DNA of 64,000 bases from Longimicrobiales bacterium (lineage in GTDB: Bacteria > Gemmatimonadota > Gemmatimonadetes > Longimicrobiales > Gaopeijiaceae): contig OZ241869.1 of assembly GCA_965202805.1 (NCBI GenBank), positions 3,232,001 to 3,296,000 of the forward strand, written 5' to 3'. The first letter of the stretch is position 1, and each line of letters opens with the position of its first letter. The notes beneath the pieces are model-generated. The model was not told the DNA's origin. It saw only the letters and a program-made list of their open reading frames with translations, and made no database searches. This document shows, in pieces, positions 38,084-47,871 of the stretch. The position numbers and the translations under genes were made by a program.

Positions 38084-39558
38084 ATCCCCGCCGGGCGCAC
38101 GCTGTAGTTGTCGTTGCGCCACATGTGCATGCTCCCGTCGGGCATCTCCTCGAAGATGAACTCCTCGCCCAGGTCGTCGTTGTCGCGCACGCGGCGGAAG
38201 GTGCCGTCCTCGATGTGGCGAAGCCGGGTCAGCGAGTTGAGCGGGTTGCCGGTGGGCAGCGACAGCACGTGCAGGTCGCCCTCCCGGATCAGCACCGCGC
38301 TCTCCCCGCCGAGGGGCCGCTGGTAGGTGCCGGTGAAGCGCTCCAGTTCCGCCCCGACTTCACCCGTGGCCGGATCGCCCTCGGAGCCCTTCGCCGCCCT
38401 GCGCAGCGCGGGCGCGACGATGTCGAAAGCGGTCTGGGCAAACTGGCGCGAGTTCACACCCTGGCCGTTTGTCATGAAGGCCGTGGCGACCTTGTCCTGC
38501 GGGCGGAGCAGCAGGTGGCTGCGGTATCCGGGGCACGAGCCGCCGTGGCCCACGAAGGTGTCGTCGTCCGACTTCCAAACCGAGAAGCCCAGCCCGTAGG
38601 TGGTGTTGCCGTCGGGCTCCGACCAGTGCACGCGGTGCATCTCGCGCAGGGTGTTGCGGTCGAGCAGGCCGTCCTCGCCCTCGAGCACCCGGAACTGCCA
38701 CGAGGCGAAGCGCCCCAGATCCTCCACCGTCGAAATGAAGCCGGCGGCGGGGCTGATGCCGCGCACCCAGTAATCCGGGATCACATGACGCTTGCCGTCT
38801 CTCCCGCGTGCCGTATAGCCCGTCGCGAGCCTGTTGCCGCGGAAGCGGTCTTCCAGGTCGGTGAAGGTGCTCGACATCCCCAGCGGATCCAGGATGTTGG
38901 CGCGGACGTAGTCGTCGTAGCTCTGACCGGACGCCTCGGCCACGATCTCGCCCGCCAGGGTGAGCGCCAGATTCGAGTACTGGAAGTACGTCCGCGGGGG
39001 ATAGAGCATCGTCTGCGTGGGCAGCGTCTCGACGATCTTCTCGTGGGTCGGGAAGGGGTAGTCGGGGCCGGTCCAGTACGGCACGCCCGCCTCGCGCGGG
39101 AGCCCCGAGCTGTGCGTGAGCAGGCCTTCGATGTCGACCGGGCCCGCCTCCGGGAAGTCGTCCTGGATGTTGAACCAGTCCAGGTGCTTCGCCACTGCGT
39201 CGTTCAGCGCGAGCTTGCCCTGGTCGCGCAGCTGCAGCGCACCGACTGCGGTGAAGAGCTTGGAGATGGAGCAGATCGAGTACATGGTCGAGGGGGTCGC
39301 GGGCTCTTCGCTCTCCACATGCGCGAATCCATATCCCTTCGCCCACACGAGCTCCTGGTCATGCACCACCGAGAGGGAGGCGCCGGGGATGCCCCCGTAG
39401 GCCTGGGCCGCGTCCATCCAGATGTCCAGGAGATGGAGGGCTTCGGCGACTCCGGGGTCGTCCGCGAGCGGCTGCTGGGCTGCCGATGGAGGCGCGGAGA
39501 GGAGGAGAAGCGCAAGGGCGGTGACGCCGATACGGTTGCGGATCCTGGGGTGGCTCAT
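38080..39558 (-). CDS. Secreted serine hydrolase, beta-lactamase/S12 family
   Basis: SISK, LLTHSSGL, YSN and HGG motifs; signal peptide; AGGAGG RBS. Confidence 0.9.
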   Translation of the reverse strand: MSHPRIRNRIGVTALALLLLSAPPSAAQQPLADDPGVAEALHLLDIWMDAAQAYGGIPGASLSVVHDQELVWAKGYGFAHVESEEPATPSTMYSICSISKLFTAVGALQLRDQGKLALNDAVAKHLDWFNIQDDFPEAGPVDIEGLLTHSSGLPREAGVPYWTGPDYPFPTHEKIVETLPTQTMLYPPRTYFQYSNLALTLAGEIVAEASGQSYDDYVRANILDPLGMSSTFTDLEDRFRGNRLATGYTARGRDGKRHVIPDYWVRGISPAAGFISTVEDLGRFASWQFRVLEGEDGLLDRNTLREMHRVHWSEPDGNTTYGLGFSVWKSDDDTFVGHGGSCPGYRSHLLLRPQDKVATAFMTNGQGVNSRQFAQTAFDIVAPALRRAAKGSEGDPATGEVGAELERFTGTYQRPLGGESAVLIREGDLHVLSLPTGNPLNSLTRLRHIEDGTFRRVRDNDDLGEEFIFEEMPDGSMHMWRNDNYSVRPAGM

Positions 39559-39859
39559 CGGGGCATCCTCCTTGAGATACTGCGGAGTTGGCTTCGCAGA
39601 CGGGCAGCGCGCGGAGACGCGAAATCGCATGTCCGCGTCCCGGACACGGTACAGTGTAGTGCGTGCCGTCGGACGGGAACACCGGTGGCTTCCGCTCCGG
39701 CGCGCGATGGGACGAGGGCCGGCGGGAGGAGCAGGCCAGGCCCATGGCCGGCCGGGACTCGGGAGACGGAACCGCAGCCAGCAGACAGGCTCCCGCCACG
39801 CCCGGCGCGGGCGTAGAATGTGGGTTCGAGCGAGATCCGTTCCCGACGAGGAGACGACC

Positions 39860-42800
39860 ATGAACTCCCATCAGTGGCGCCGTGCGATGTTGACCTGGAT
39901 GGCTTTGGCCATCGCACTGATCCCGGCGTGGCCCGCGGATGCCTCCGCCCAGACCGATGCGGCGCGCGTCGAGGCCGCGGTCGCCAACCTGGAGTGGCGA
40001 AACATTGGTCCGACGATCATGGGCGGACGGGTATCCGACCTGGCCGTGGTGGAGTCGGATCCGTCCACCTTCTACGTGGGGACCGCCACCGGCGGCGTGT
40101 GGAAGACCGTCAACCACGGCACCACCTTCGAGCCGGTCTTCGATGACCAGCCGACCACCTCGGTAGGGGACGTCACGGTGGCGCCCTCCAACCCCAACGT
40201 GGTGTGGGTGGGGAGCGGCGAGCCGCAGAACCGCCAGAGTTCGCCGTGGGGGAACGGCGTGTACAAGTCCACGGATGCAGGGCGCTCGTGGAGTCACATG
40301 GGGCTGGATGAGACGCACCACATCTCCCGCATCCGCATCCATCCGCGCGACCCCTCCATCGTGTACGTGGCGGCGGTCGGGCGGCTGTGGGGCGCCAACC
40401 CCGAGCGGGGCATCTACAAGACGACGGACGGCGGGGAGAGCTGGGAGCTGGTGCTTTTCGTGGACGAGGACACCGGGGCCATCGACCTTGCGATGGATCC
40501 GGGCGATCCCGAGACGCTCTTCGCCGCCATGTACCAGCGCCGGCGCACCGCGTGGGGCTTCAACGGGGGCGGGCCCGGGAGCGGCATCCACCGCACCACC
40601 GACGGCGGAGCTTCCTGGGTGGAGCTCACCGATGGGCTTCCCGATGGCGACATGGGACGCATCGGGCTGGACATCCATCGGGGCGACGGCAACCTGGTGT
40701 TCGCCATCGTGGAGGCCGACAAGCGCACGCCCGGGCAGGGCTTCGGTGGAGGCGGGGGCGGTTCGTCGCGCAACGGCGTGTACCGCTCCACCGACCGCGG
40801 CGAGAGCTGGGAGCAGATCAGCACGACCAACAACCGGCCCATGTACTACAGCCAGATCTGGGTGGATCCCGGGGACCCGGAGCGCATCTACACGGCCGGG
40901 TCGAGCCTGTACAAGTCGCTCGACGGGGGCAACAACTTCACCCCCGACGCCGCCAGCGAAGTGCACCCCGACCATCACGCGATGTGGATCAACCCGGACA
41001 ACTCCGATCACATCGTCCTGGGCGGGGACGGCGGCGTCGCGATCAGCTGGGACCGCTCACGGACCTGGCGCCAGCTGACCAACATCCCCCTGGCGCAGTT
41101 CTACGAGATCGGCGTGGACATGCGCGATCCCTATCACGTGTGCGGCGGACTTCAGGACAACGGTTCCTGGTGCGCCCCCAGCGACACCTGGTCAAACCAG
41201 GGCATCCGCACCCGCGACTGGTACAACGTGGGAGGGGGCGACGGCTTCTACACGGTCATGCACCCGACCAACCCGCGCGTGATGTTCTCGGAGTCGCAGG
41301 GCGGCAACCTGATGCGCGTGGACCTGGTGACCATGGAGCGCACACGGATGAGGCCCGTGGGGCGTCCGCTGGAAGATGGGGAGGAGAGGGAGCTGCGCTG
41401 GAACTGGGACACGCCCGTGTTCCTGTCGCAGCACGATGAGACCACCGTCTACGTCGGGAGCAACGTCCTCTTCCGCTCGCGCGATCTGGGGATGACCTGG
41501 GAGGAGATCAGCCCGGATCTCACCCACGCCATCGACCGCACCGGCCTGGAGATCATGGGCGTGGCCGGTTCCGAGCCCCAGATGTCCGCAAACGACGGGC
41601 AGGCGTCCTACGGCAACCTGGAGACGATCGCGGAGTCGCCGTTCGACGCGGGGCTGCTCTATGTCGGCAGCGACGATGGGAAGGTGCACGTGACGCGTGA
41701 CGACGGGGCCTCATGGACGGACGTCACCGACGACATCCCCGGGCTCCCCGAGCGCACCTACGTGAGCCGGGTGGTGGCTTCGGCGCACGATCAGGCCACC
41801 GTGTACGCCACCTTCGACGGTCACCGCAACAACGACTTCGCCGCACACGTCTACGTGAGCACCGATTACGGCGAGAGCTGGCGGCGTATCGCCGACGGGC
41901 TGCCGGCGACCTCCGTCAACGTCATCGCCGAACACCATCGCACCGAGGGACTGCTCTTCGTGGGGAACGAGGTGGGGGTGTTTTTCTCCGTGGACGGCGG
42001 CGAGCAGTGGGTCGCCCTCGACAACGGCCTGCCCGCGGTTCCGGTGGACGACATCAGGATCCACCCGCGCGAGAACGACCTGGTGCTGGGCACGCACGGG
42101 CGCGGAGTCTACATCATGGAGGACATCGCGCCGCTGGAGGGCCTGACCGCGGAGGTGCTGGCGGCCGGGGCGCACCTGTTCCCCGTGCGGCGCGCCACGC
42201 TGTACAACCCGTACACGCCGCAGGGATGGACGCCGGGGGTGTACGTGTCGCCCAACCCGCCGGCCGGGGCGCTGATCCGGTACTACGTCGGCGAGGCCGG
42301 CGCGGGGGGTGGTGTGGTGGCCGCGTCGCCGGACGGGAACGGGGGCGACGGCGACGCCGATGGCGAGGGAGCGCCCGCAGACGGCTCCGGCCAGCCGAAG
42401 ATCACGATCCTTGACGACGGCGGCGAGGTGGTGCGCGAACTTGCCGGGCCGGGGGCCGCGGGCATCCAGCAGGTGAGGTGGGATCTTCGCATCGAACCGC
42501 CCTACACGCCCTCAGGCCCCCCGCAGCAGTTCGGCGGAGGCTTCGGGGGTGGCCAGGCGCGCGGCCCGCGCGTGCTGCCCGGCACCTACACGGTGCGGCT
42601 GGAGGCTGCCGGCCGGACGCAGGAGGAAGAGGTGGTGGTGCGCCTGGATCCGCGGGTAGACATGAGTCGGGCCGACCTGGAGGCGCGCCAGGCCGCCCTC
42701 ATGAGCGCCTGGGACCTTGCCGGTCCCGTCTACGAGGCCGGCCGGGCCGTTCAGCGCGTCACCACCCGGCTCATGGAGGTCAGCGCCCTGCTGCGAGAGC

Positions 42801-43114
42801 AGGAGGAGTCGCCCGAGGAGTTGAGCGAAGATGTGAGCGGCCTGCTCGAGGAAGCGCGCGAGCTGGGACGCGACATCAACCAGGCGGCTGCAGGCGCACG
42901 GGGCGCCAACGCCATCGGGTCATCCAGCACCCGCCCCACCGCCGACCAGCTCTGGCAGCTCGACCAGGCCTGGGAGAAGGTGCCTCCGCTGATCGAGAGG
43001 CTGAACGAGATCGTCGCCGACGAGATGCCGGCGCTCTACCGGCAACTGGACGAGCAGGGCATCCGCCCCGACCCGGGCGAGACGGTGACGATGCCGGTGC
43101 GGCGGGGCGGCTAG
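39860..43114 (+). CDS. Secreted BNR/Asp-box (VPS10/sortilin-like) beta-propeller protein, putative glycosyl hydrolase
   Basis: GAGGAG RBS; WRNIGP..MGGR; many S/T.D.G.SW Asp-boxes; GGLQDNG, GTHGRG; C-terminal helical region. Confidence 0.88.
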   Translation: MNSHQWRRAMLTWMALAIALIPAWPADASAQTDAARVEAAVANLEWRNIGPTIMGGRVSDLAVVESDPSTFYVGTATGGVWKTVNHGTTFEPVFDDQPTTSVGDVTVAPSNPNVVWVGSGEPQNRQSSPWGNGVYKSTDAGRSWSHMGLDETHHISRIRIHPRDPSIVYVAAVGRLWGANPERGIYKTTDGGESWELVLFVDEDTGAIDLAMDPGDPETLFAAMYQRRRTAWGFNGGGPGSGIHRTTDGGASWVELTDGLPDGDMGRIGLDIHRGDGNLVFAIVEADKRTPGQGFGGGGGGSSRNGVYRSTDRGESWEQISTTNNRPMYYSQIWVDPGDPERIYTAGSSLYKSLDGGNNFTPDAASEVHPDHHAMWINPDNSDHIVLGGDGGVAISWDRSRTWRQLTNIPLAQFYEIGVDMRDPYHVCGGLQDNGSWCAPSDTWSNQGIRTRDWYNVGGGDGFYTVMHPTNPRVMFSESQGGNLMRVDLVTMERTRMRPVGRPLEDGEERELRWNWDTPVFLSQHDETTVYVGSNVLFRSRDLGMTWEEISPDLTHAIDRTGLEIMGVAGSEPQMSANDGQASYGNLETIAESPFDAGLLYVGSDDGKVHVTRDDGASWTDVTDDIPGLPERTYVSRVVASAHDQATVYATFDGHRNNDFAAHVYVSTDYGESWRRIADGLPATSVNVIAEHHRTEGLLFVGNEVGVFFSVDGGEQWVALDNGLPAVPVDDIRIHPRENDLVLGTHGRGVYIMEDIAPLEGLTAEVLAAGAHLFPVRRATLYNPYTPQGWTPGVYVSPNPPAGALIRYYVGEAGAGGGVVAASPDGNGGDGDADGEGAPADGSGQPKITILDDGGEVVRELAGPGAAGIQQVRWDLRIEPPYTPSGPPQQFGGGFGGGQARGPRVLPGTYTVRLEAAGRTQEEEVVVRLDPRVDMSRADLEARQAALMSAWDLAGPVYEAGRAVQRVTTRLMEVSALLREQEESPEELSEDVSGLLEEARELGRDINQAAAGARGANAIGSSSTRPTADQLWQLDQAWEKVPPLIERLNEIVADEMPALYRQLDEQGIRPDPGETVTMPVRRGG

Positions 43115-43236
43115 AGGACCGGTTTCGCCCGGGCTGGTTCGGCCAGCCGCGTCCGACCCGGCGTGCGCGCCGCCGACCCATGAATCGGCGGCGCGCGGCC
43201 GGGCCGCATCAGGCCGGCAAGCCCCCAACCCTGACG

Positions 43237-43971
43237 TTACGTCAGCCTTCGCGCGATCCACACCGTGCGGAAGACGGCGGTCGCCACCGTGCCCGCTGCG
43301 GTCACCACCAGCACCGCCAGCAGGACCGTGCCCGGGTCGCGCCCCAGCAGCGCGGAGCCGGTGCCGTCCAAGATCGCGCCGAACCCGATCAGCAGGAGCC
43401 GCTCCGCGCGTTGCATGACGCCCGCCGTGCACAGAACGCCCTGACTCTCGCCGCGCGCGCGTGTGTAGCTGACCAGTAGCGAACCCCCGAGCGCCGCGGC
43501 CACCACCGCGAGAGCGGCGCCGGAGTCCCGAAACGCCACCGCCAGCCCCACGAATGCGGCTACCTCGGCGAACCGGTCGATGGTCGAGTCCAGGAACGCC
43601 CCGCGCGGCGAGGCCAGCCCGCGCGCCCGAGCGATCCGTCCGTCCATGGCATCCGCGACGCCGCTGAGCAGCACCGCCCAGCCGGCCGTGGCGAACCGCC
43701 CCGAAGCGAAGAGCCAGCCCGCCACCGCGCCGAAGGCGAACCCGAGCAGGTTGTAGAAGAGGGGAGACAGCCCGAGGCGGAGCGACGCCCGCTCGACGGG
43801 CCACACAAACCAGTAGAACCAGCGGCGCACGAAGGAGCCGAGCACGAACTTGCCCCGGGTGGACGACTCGAGCGCATCCACCGCGCGGCTCGCCGCACTC
43901 AGCGCGAAGATCGGCATGGTGGCGAGCGCGAACCCCACGACCACGACCAGCGCCGTAAGCTCCGGCCTCAT
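43237..43971 (-). CDS. CDP-alcohol phosphatidyltransferase family protein
   Basis: DAMDGRIARARGLASPRGAFLDSTIDR signature; SYTRARGE; membrane helices. Confidence 0.92.
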   Translation of the reverse strand: MRPELTALVVVVGFALATMPIFALSAASRAVDALESSTRGKFVLGSFVRRWFYWFVWPVERASLRLGLSPLFYNLLGFAFGAVAGWLFASGRFATAGWAVLLSGVADAMDGRIARARGLASPRGAFLDSTIDRFAEVAAFVGLAVAFRDSGAALAVVAAALGGSLLVSYTRARGESQGVLCTAGVMQRAERLLLIGFGAILDGTGSALLGRDPGTVLLAVLVVTAAGTVATAVFRTVWIARRLT

Positions 43972-44987
43972 GGTGTCCCGGCTTCCCGCGCTCGGGCCGC
44001 CTGCCGCCCCCGGCCGTCCCGCGATGCCCGGTTCTCCGGCGGTTCCCGGTTCTCGGGCGATTCCGCGCGTCCGGAGCGCAACACGCGAAACGCCTTGGGA
44101 AGCAGAAGCGGGAAGGGGAAACGCCGCTCCAGAGGCGTGATCTCCACCGTCATCCCGGTGCGCCGTTCCACCTTGCGCACGATGTAGGGGAACCAGCGGT
44201 CGAACGTGAGCATGTGCTTGACCCAGCGGGTGGTGGCGCGCGCCTTGCTGATGCCGAAGTACGCGTTCAGCCTGAGCTGGGCCGCGGCCGACGCGGGATG
44301 AGTTGCCCGGTACTCCCCCTTCGATCGCTCGAGCACGCCGGACGCCACCCCGGCCTCCAGGATGGGGGTGTAGATGCCTCGCAGCATCTCCCGCTGGGCC
44401 TCGTAGACGGCGCTCACCCGGCCTCCGCGTTCCGGCCGGATCTCCCCGGCGTACGAGATCTCCAGCATGCGCCGGCAGAAGTCGTCCACGGAAAACGAGC
44501 CCTCCAGGAACGGAAGGGTCCAATCGAGGACCATCCGCCTCGCGCCGGCGACCAGTTCCTCGACCCATGCGGCCGTCTCCGGGTCGCGCGCATGCACGAC
44601 CGAGATGTGATGCGCGATCCGGCCCAGGCAGAAATGGTCGAGGCGGCGCGGCCCCAGTTCCCGCTCGAAGTCGGCGCGCGAAAGCACGAGACACTTGGCC
44701 AGCGGCCCATCCGGCGGCGCGGGCCAGAAGGCGATGACGGTCGGAGCCAGCACGCGGCTGACGGTCGCCAGCAACCCCGCGTTGCGCGCCGTGTACCCGC
44801 TGTCGGACAGGGCGCGGTAGAACGCCCGGTAGTCTTCGACCACGACGACCAGGTCGTAGGCGCTGTGCCGGTCCGGGCTTGCCGACACAAGCCGCGAGCC
44901 GTACGCCAGCACGGCAAGCAGGCCGTCGCCGCCGGTCTCCCGCAGCCTGGAGACCAGGTGCCCGATGGGTGCCTCCACTCCCGTCAT
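43968..44987 (-). CDS. Tam41-like nucleotidyltransferase (putative lipid-phosphate cytidylyltransferase)
   Basis: AVLAYGS...AYDLVVVVEDY pol-beta-type motif; ISYAGEIRPE; ATGA overlaps on both sides. Confidence 0.65.
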   Translation of the reverse strand: MTGVEAPIGHLVSRLRETGGDGLLAVLAYGSRLVSASPDRHSAYDLVVVVEDYRAFYRALSDSGYTARNAGLLATVSRVLAPTVIAFWPAPPDGPLAKCLVLSRADFERELGPRRLDHFCLGRIAHHISVVHARDPETAAWVEELVAGARRMVLDWTLPFLEGSFSVDDFCRRMLEISYAGEIRPERGGRVSAVYEAQREMLRGIYTPILEAGVASGVLERSKGEYRATHPASAAAQLRLNAYFGISKARATTRWVKHMLTFDRWFPYIVRKVERRTGMTVEITPLERRFPFPLLLPKAFRVLRSGRAESPENREPPENRASRDGRGRQAARAREAGTP

Positions 44988-45754
44988 GCGGGCTCCGCCG
45001 CCGTGGGGGCGCCCCGCATTTCGTCGAGCATTCCGGTCATGACGCCCCGCATCTCCATGATGAACCCATCCAGATCGGCATCCGCCGCCGGCGACTCGAA
45101 GGGTCCCCGGCACTCGACGCGGGTGCGCATCCGCGGTAGGTTTCCGAAGAAGTCCTTGAGTCGCGTCCACTTCCACAGCCCGTCCGCCACCACGACGTAC
45201 ACGCTCCAGCGGCGTGCCGCCAGAATGGTCGTCAGCCCCAGCGTCTTGAAGGGGCCGATGCGACCCGTCCTGCTCCGGGTTCCCTCCGGGTAGATGATGA
45301 GGGGGTGCGTGGAGGCGGCCGCTTTCCTGCGAAGCCGCTTCAGCTCACCGCGCAGGGTTGCTCTCGCATCTACCAAGGGGTATCGGTACAGCCTTGTCAT
45401 GTGGGATATTAGGGGCACGCCGCGGGCGTACCGCCGGCGCGTCACGATGCGGGGGTAGGTGCCTTGCATCGACGCGACGACGAGCGGGATGTCGAGGAGC
45501 GACTGGTGGTTCATGAGCACCAGCACGCCGGGGGTTGCCGGGATGTCCGGCAACTCGCCGAAACGGACTCCGCCCATATGGCGAAGGAAAAAGATGACCA
45601 CGTGGGCCGTGAAGCGCTGCCACTCGGTGAGCAGGGCGTCGCGGTTCCCCGGCAGCAGTCGCGCCATGGGCGCGATCAGGAGGCGCTGAATCAGATCGCA
45701 GGCCAGTAGCGCCGCGCCGAGCGCGGTGAGAGTCAAGGCTCCGCGGAGGTCCAA
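44984..45754 (-). CDS. PlsC-family lysophospholipid acyltransferase
   Basis: MNHQSLLD and IYPEGTRS motifs. TTG start at 45754 with AGGA upstream; ATG 45808 is the alternative. Confidence 0.88.
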   Translation of the reverse strand: MDLRGALTLTALGAALLACDLIQRLLIAPMARLLPGNRDALLTEWQRFTAHVVIFFLRHMGGVRFGELPDIPATPGVLVLMNHQSLLDIPLVVASMQGTYPRIVTRRRYARGVPLISHMTRLYRYPLVDARATLRGELKRLRRKAAASTHPLIIYPEGTRSRTGRIGPFKTLGLTTILAARRWSVYVVVADGLWKWTRLKDFFGNLPRMRTRVECRGPFESPAADADLDGFIMEMRGVMTGMLDEMRGAPTAAEPA

Positions 45755-45808
45755 TGACGTGTCCTGAGAGGCGGGTGTGGTCCGATCGGAAGAACATCGG
45801 GCAAACAT

Positions 45809-47218
45809 ATGAGTGACATGCGAAACGCTAGCAGGAAATCCGCTTCGGCGTCAACGCGGCAGACGGCCGCCGACGGGGCCGGGGATGCCGTTGCCGCCGA
45901 GTCCGACGGGAGGATGACCGTCGCCCCGGCGCGCCCCGCACCGGGGGATGAGCGACCGCCGCTGCGCGGACTGAGCGACTACGACTACACCAACTTCTAC
46001 TTCGCGGCGGGCACGGATCCGTTCGGAATCCTCGGGCCTTTCGGCGAATGGTGGAAGGACGCCGAGTTCGTCGGAGGCTACTACCTCTACGGGTTGCCCA
46101 TGGGCTCCGCGCCCGCCACGCGGGTCCGGATCGGCGATCCCAAGACCCGCGAGACGCTCGAGGGTCTGATCAACTTCGCGTCCTACAACTACCTCGGTCT
46201 TTCCTACCGCCCCGAAGTGATCGAGGCGATCTGCGACGCGGTTCGCAAGTACGGTGCAGGGGCCTCGGGATCGCCGGTGCTGTCGGGCACCATGGACCTT
46301 CACAAGCGCCTGGCGACGGAGATGGCCGCCTTCAAGGGAAAGGACGGGGCCCTCATCTTCCCGACCGGATACAGCGCCAACGTGGGGCTCATCTCGGGGC
46401 TCATGCGCCCCGGCGATCTGATCGTCGCCGACAAGCTCGCCCACGCGAGCATCGTCGACGGCATGATTCTGTCGAAGGCGACCTCACGCTTCTTCAAGCA
46501 CAACAACCCCGAGGATCTCGACCGCAAGCTGCGCGGGTTCAAGGGCAAGAAGCTGGTGGTCGTCGAAGGCGTCTACTCGATGGACGGCGACGTGGCCAGG
46601 CTGCCCGAAATCGTCGAGGTCTGTCGCAGGCACGGTGCGCGCCTTCTCATCGACGAGGCGCATTCCACCTTCGTCTACGGCCCCAACGGGCGAGGCGTCG
46701 CGGAGCACTTCGGACTGGACGACGAGGTCGACATCCACCTGGGCACGTTCTCGAAGAGCCTTGGAGGCCTGGGCGGATTCGTCGCGGGCTCGGCGGAACT
46801 CATCTACTACCTGCGCGGCTTCGCGCGTTCGCGGGTGTTCTCGTGCGCGCTTCCGCCTCCGGTTACGGCCGGGTTGCTGAAGGCGCTCGAAATCGCAAGA
46901 GCGGAGCCGGAGCTGCGTGACAGGCTGTGGGACAACGCCCGCTACATGCACGGTATCCTGGGCGAGGCGGGCGTGGACGTGGGCGACTCCACCTCCCAGG
47001 TGATCTCGATCATGATCCGCGACGACGCCGGGATCTTCCAGATCGCCGAGGATCTGCTGCACGAGGGCGTCTACATCAACCCCGTCCGCTTTCCCGCGGT
47101 GGGCAAGCACAAGTCCCGCTTCCGCATGTCGATCTCGGCGGCGCACACCCGGTCCGAACTGGAGGAAGGCGCCGAGATCATCATCTCCATCCTCAAGAAA
47201 TACGGAAAATGCCCCTGA
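45809..47218 (+). CDS. PLP-dependent alpha-oxoamine synthase, serine palmitoyltransferase-like
   Basis: NFASYNYLGL, PTGYSAN, AHAS, VEGVYSMDGD, DEAHS and GTFSKSLGG motifs; lipid-gene context favours SPT over BioF/Kbl. Start uncertain. Confidence 0.8.
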   Translation: MSDMRNASRKSASASTRQTAADGAGDAVAAESDGRMTVAPARPAPGDERPPLRGLSDYDYTNFYFAAGTDPFGILGPFGEWWKDAEFVGGYYLYGLPMGSAPATRVRIGDPKTRETLEGLINFASYNYLGLSYRPEVIEAICDAVRKYGAGASGSPVLSGTMDLHKRLATEMAAFKGKDGALIFPTGYSANVGLISGLMRPGDLIVADKLAHASIVDGMILSKATSRFFKHNNPEDLDRKLRGFKGKKLVVVEGVYSMDGDVARLPEIVEVCRRHGARLLIDEAHSTFVYGPNGRGVAEHFGLDDEVDIHLGTFSKSLGGLGGFVAGSAELIYYLRGFARSRVFSCALPPPVTAGLLKALEIARAEPELRDRLWDNARYMHGILGEAGVDVGDSTSQVISIMIRDDAGIFQIAEDLLHEGVYINPVRFPAVGKHKSRFRMSISAAHTRSELEEGAEIIISILKKYGKCP

Positions 47219-47871
47219 CCCGGTATCATTATTCCCAGGCCGTCAGCGCCTTCTTCGAAATCGCCACCTCCGATGCCCGCCGCATCCTTCCCCCGCACCT
47301 GCAGCCGCTCGAAGTGCAGCACGAGGCCAGCATCCTCGCCGTCACGGCCTTCGACTTCACCGGCAGCATGGTCGGTACCTATCAGGAGATCGTGCTCTCG
47401 GTGATCGTCCCGCCCCTGATGACCCCGGGCCAGGGCATGGCGAAATCGGCCTTCTATCCCTTCCTCGTGGGGACGAGCACGGAGGCGTCGCGCGAGCACG
47501 CGATCGAGCGCTGGCACCTTCCGCACTACATGAAGGACCTCGACATCCGCTTCCTGCCTTCGGACGGGCGCATGCGCGTGGAGGTGCGCGAGGGCGATAG
47601 GCCGATCCTGGACTTCGAGGTGGCGGACCACCATTCGGCGCCGGTCGATCACCTGTACCAGTCGTTCATGATCAACGGCGATGACCGCTTCAAGGTGGAC
47701 ATCCACATGCGGGGGCCGCACAGCGAGCACGAGGAGGAAGCCGGGTCGCTGAAGCTCCACGAGCATCCCATGACCTCCCAGTTGACGCTGGACCTGGTGG
47801 CCACCTGTCCGTTCCGCGAGCAGTGGATGACGAACGGGGTCCAGGTTTTCGAGGAGCTGGAGCGCATCTGA
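47209..47871 (+). CDS. Acetoacetate decarboxylase-fold protein
   Basis: ARRILPPHLQPL...AFDF...GTYQE...ERWHLP pattern of the ADC-like family; overlaps the end of the SPT-like gene. Confidence 0.65.
   Translation: MPLTRYHYSQAVSAFFEIATSDARRILPPHLQPLEVQHEASILAVTAFDFTGSMVGTYQEIVLSVIVPPLMTPGQGMAKSAFYPFLVGTSTEASREHAIERWHLPHYMKDLDIRFLPSDGRMRVEVREGDRPILDFEVADHHSAPVDHLYQSFMINGDDRFKVDIHMRGPHSEHEEEAGSLKLHEHPMTSQLTLDLVATCPFREQWMTNGVQVFEELERI

Noticed and set aside
38080..39558. Antibiotic-resistance beta-lactamase
   Set aside because: The HGG triad and the pairing with an M28 peptidase fit a general S12 peptidase/esterase better.
44020..44062. Short tandem repeat encoding PENRE/PENRA at the end of the Tam41-like gene
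   Set aside because: Low-complexity disordered tail with no evidence of a separate function.
45809..47218. bioF / biotin operon
   Set aside because: No other bio genes; the neighbours are lipid-modifying enzymes. Not fully excluded without a phylogeny.
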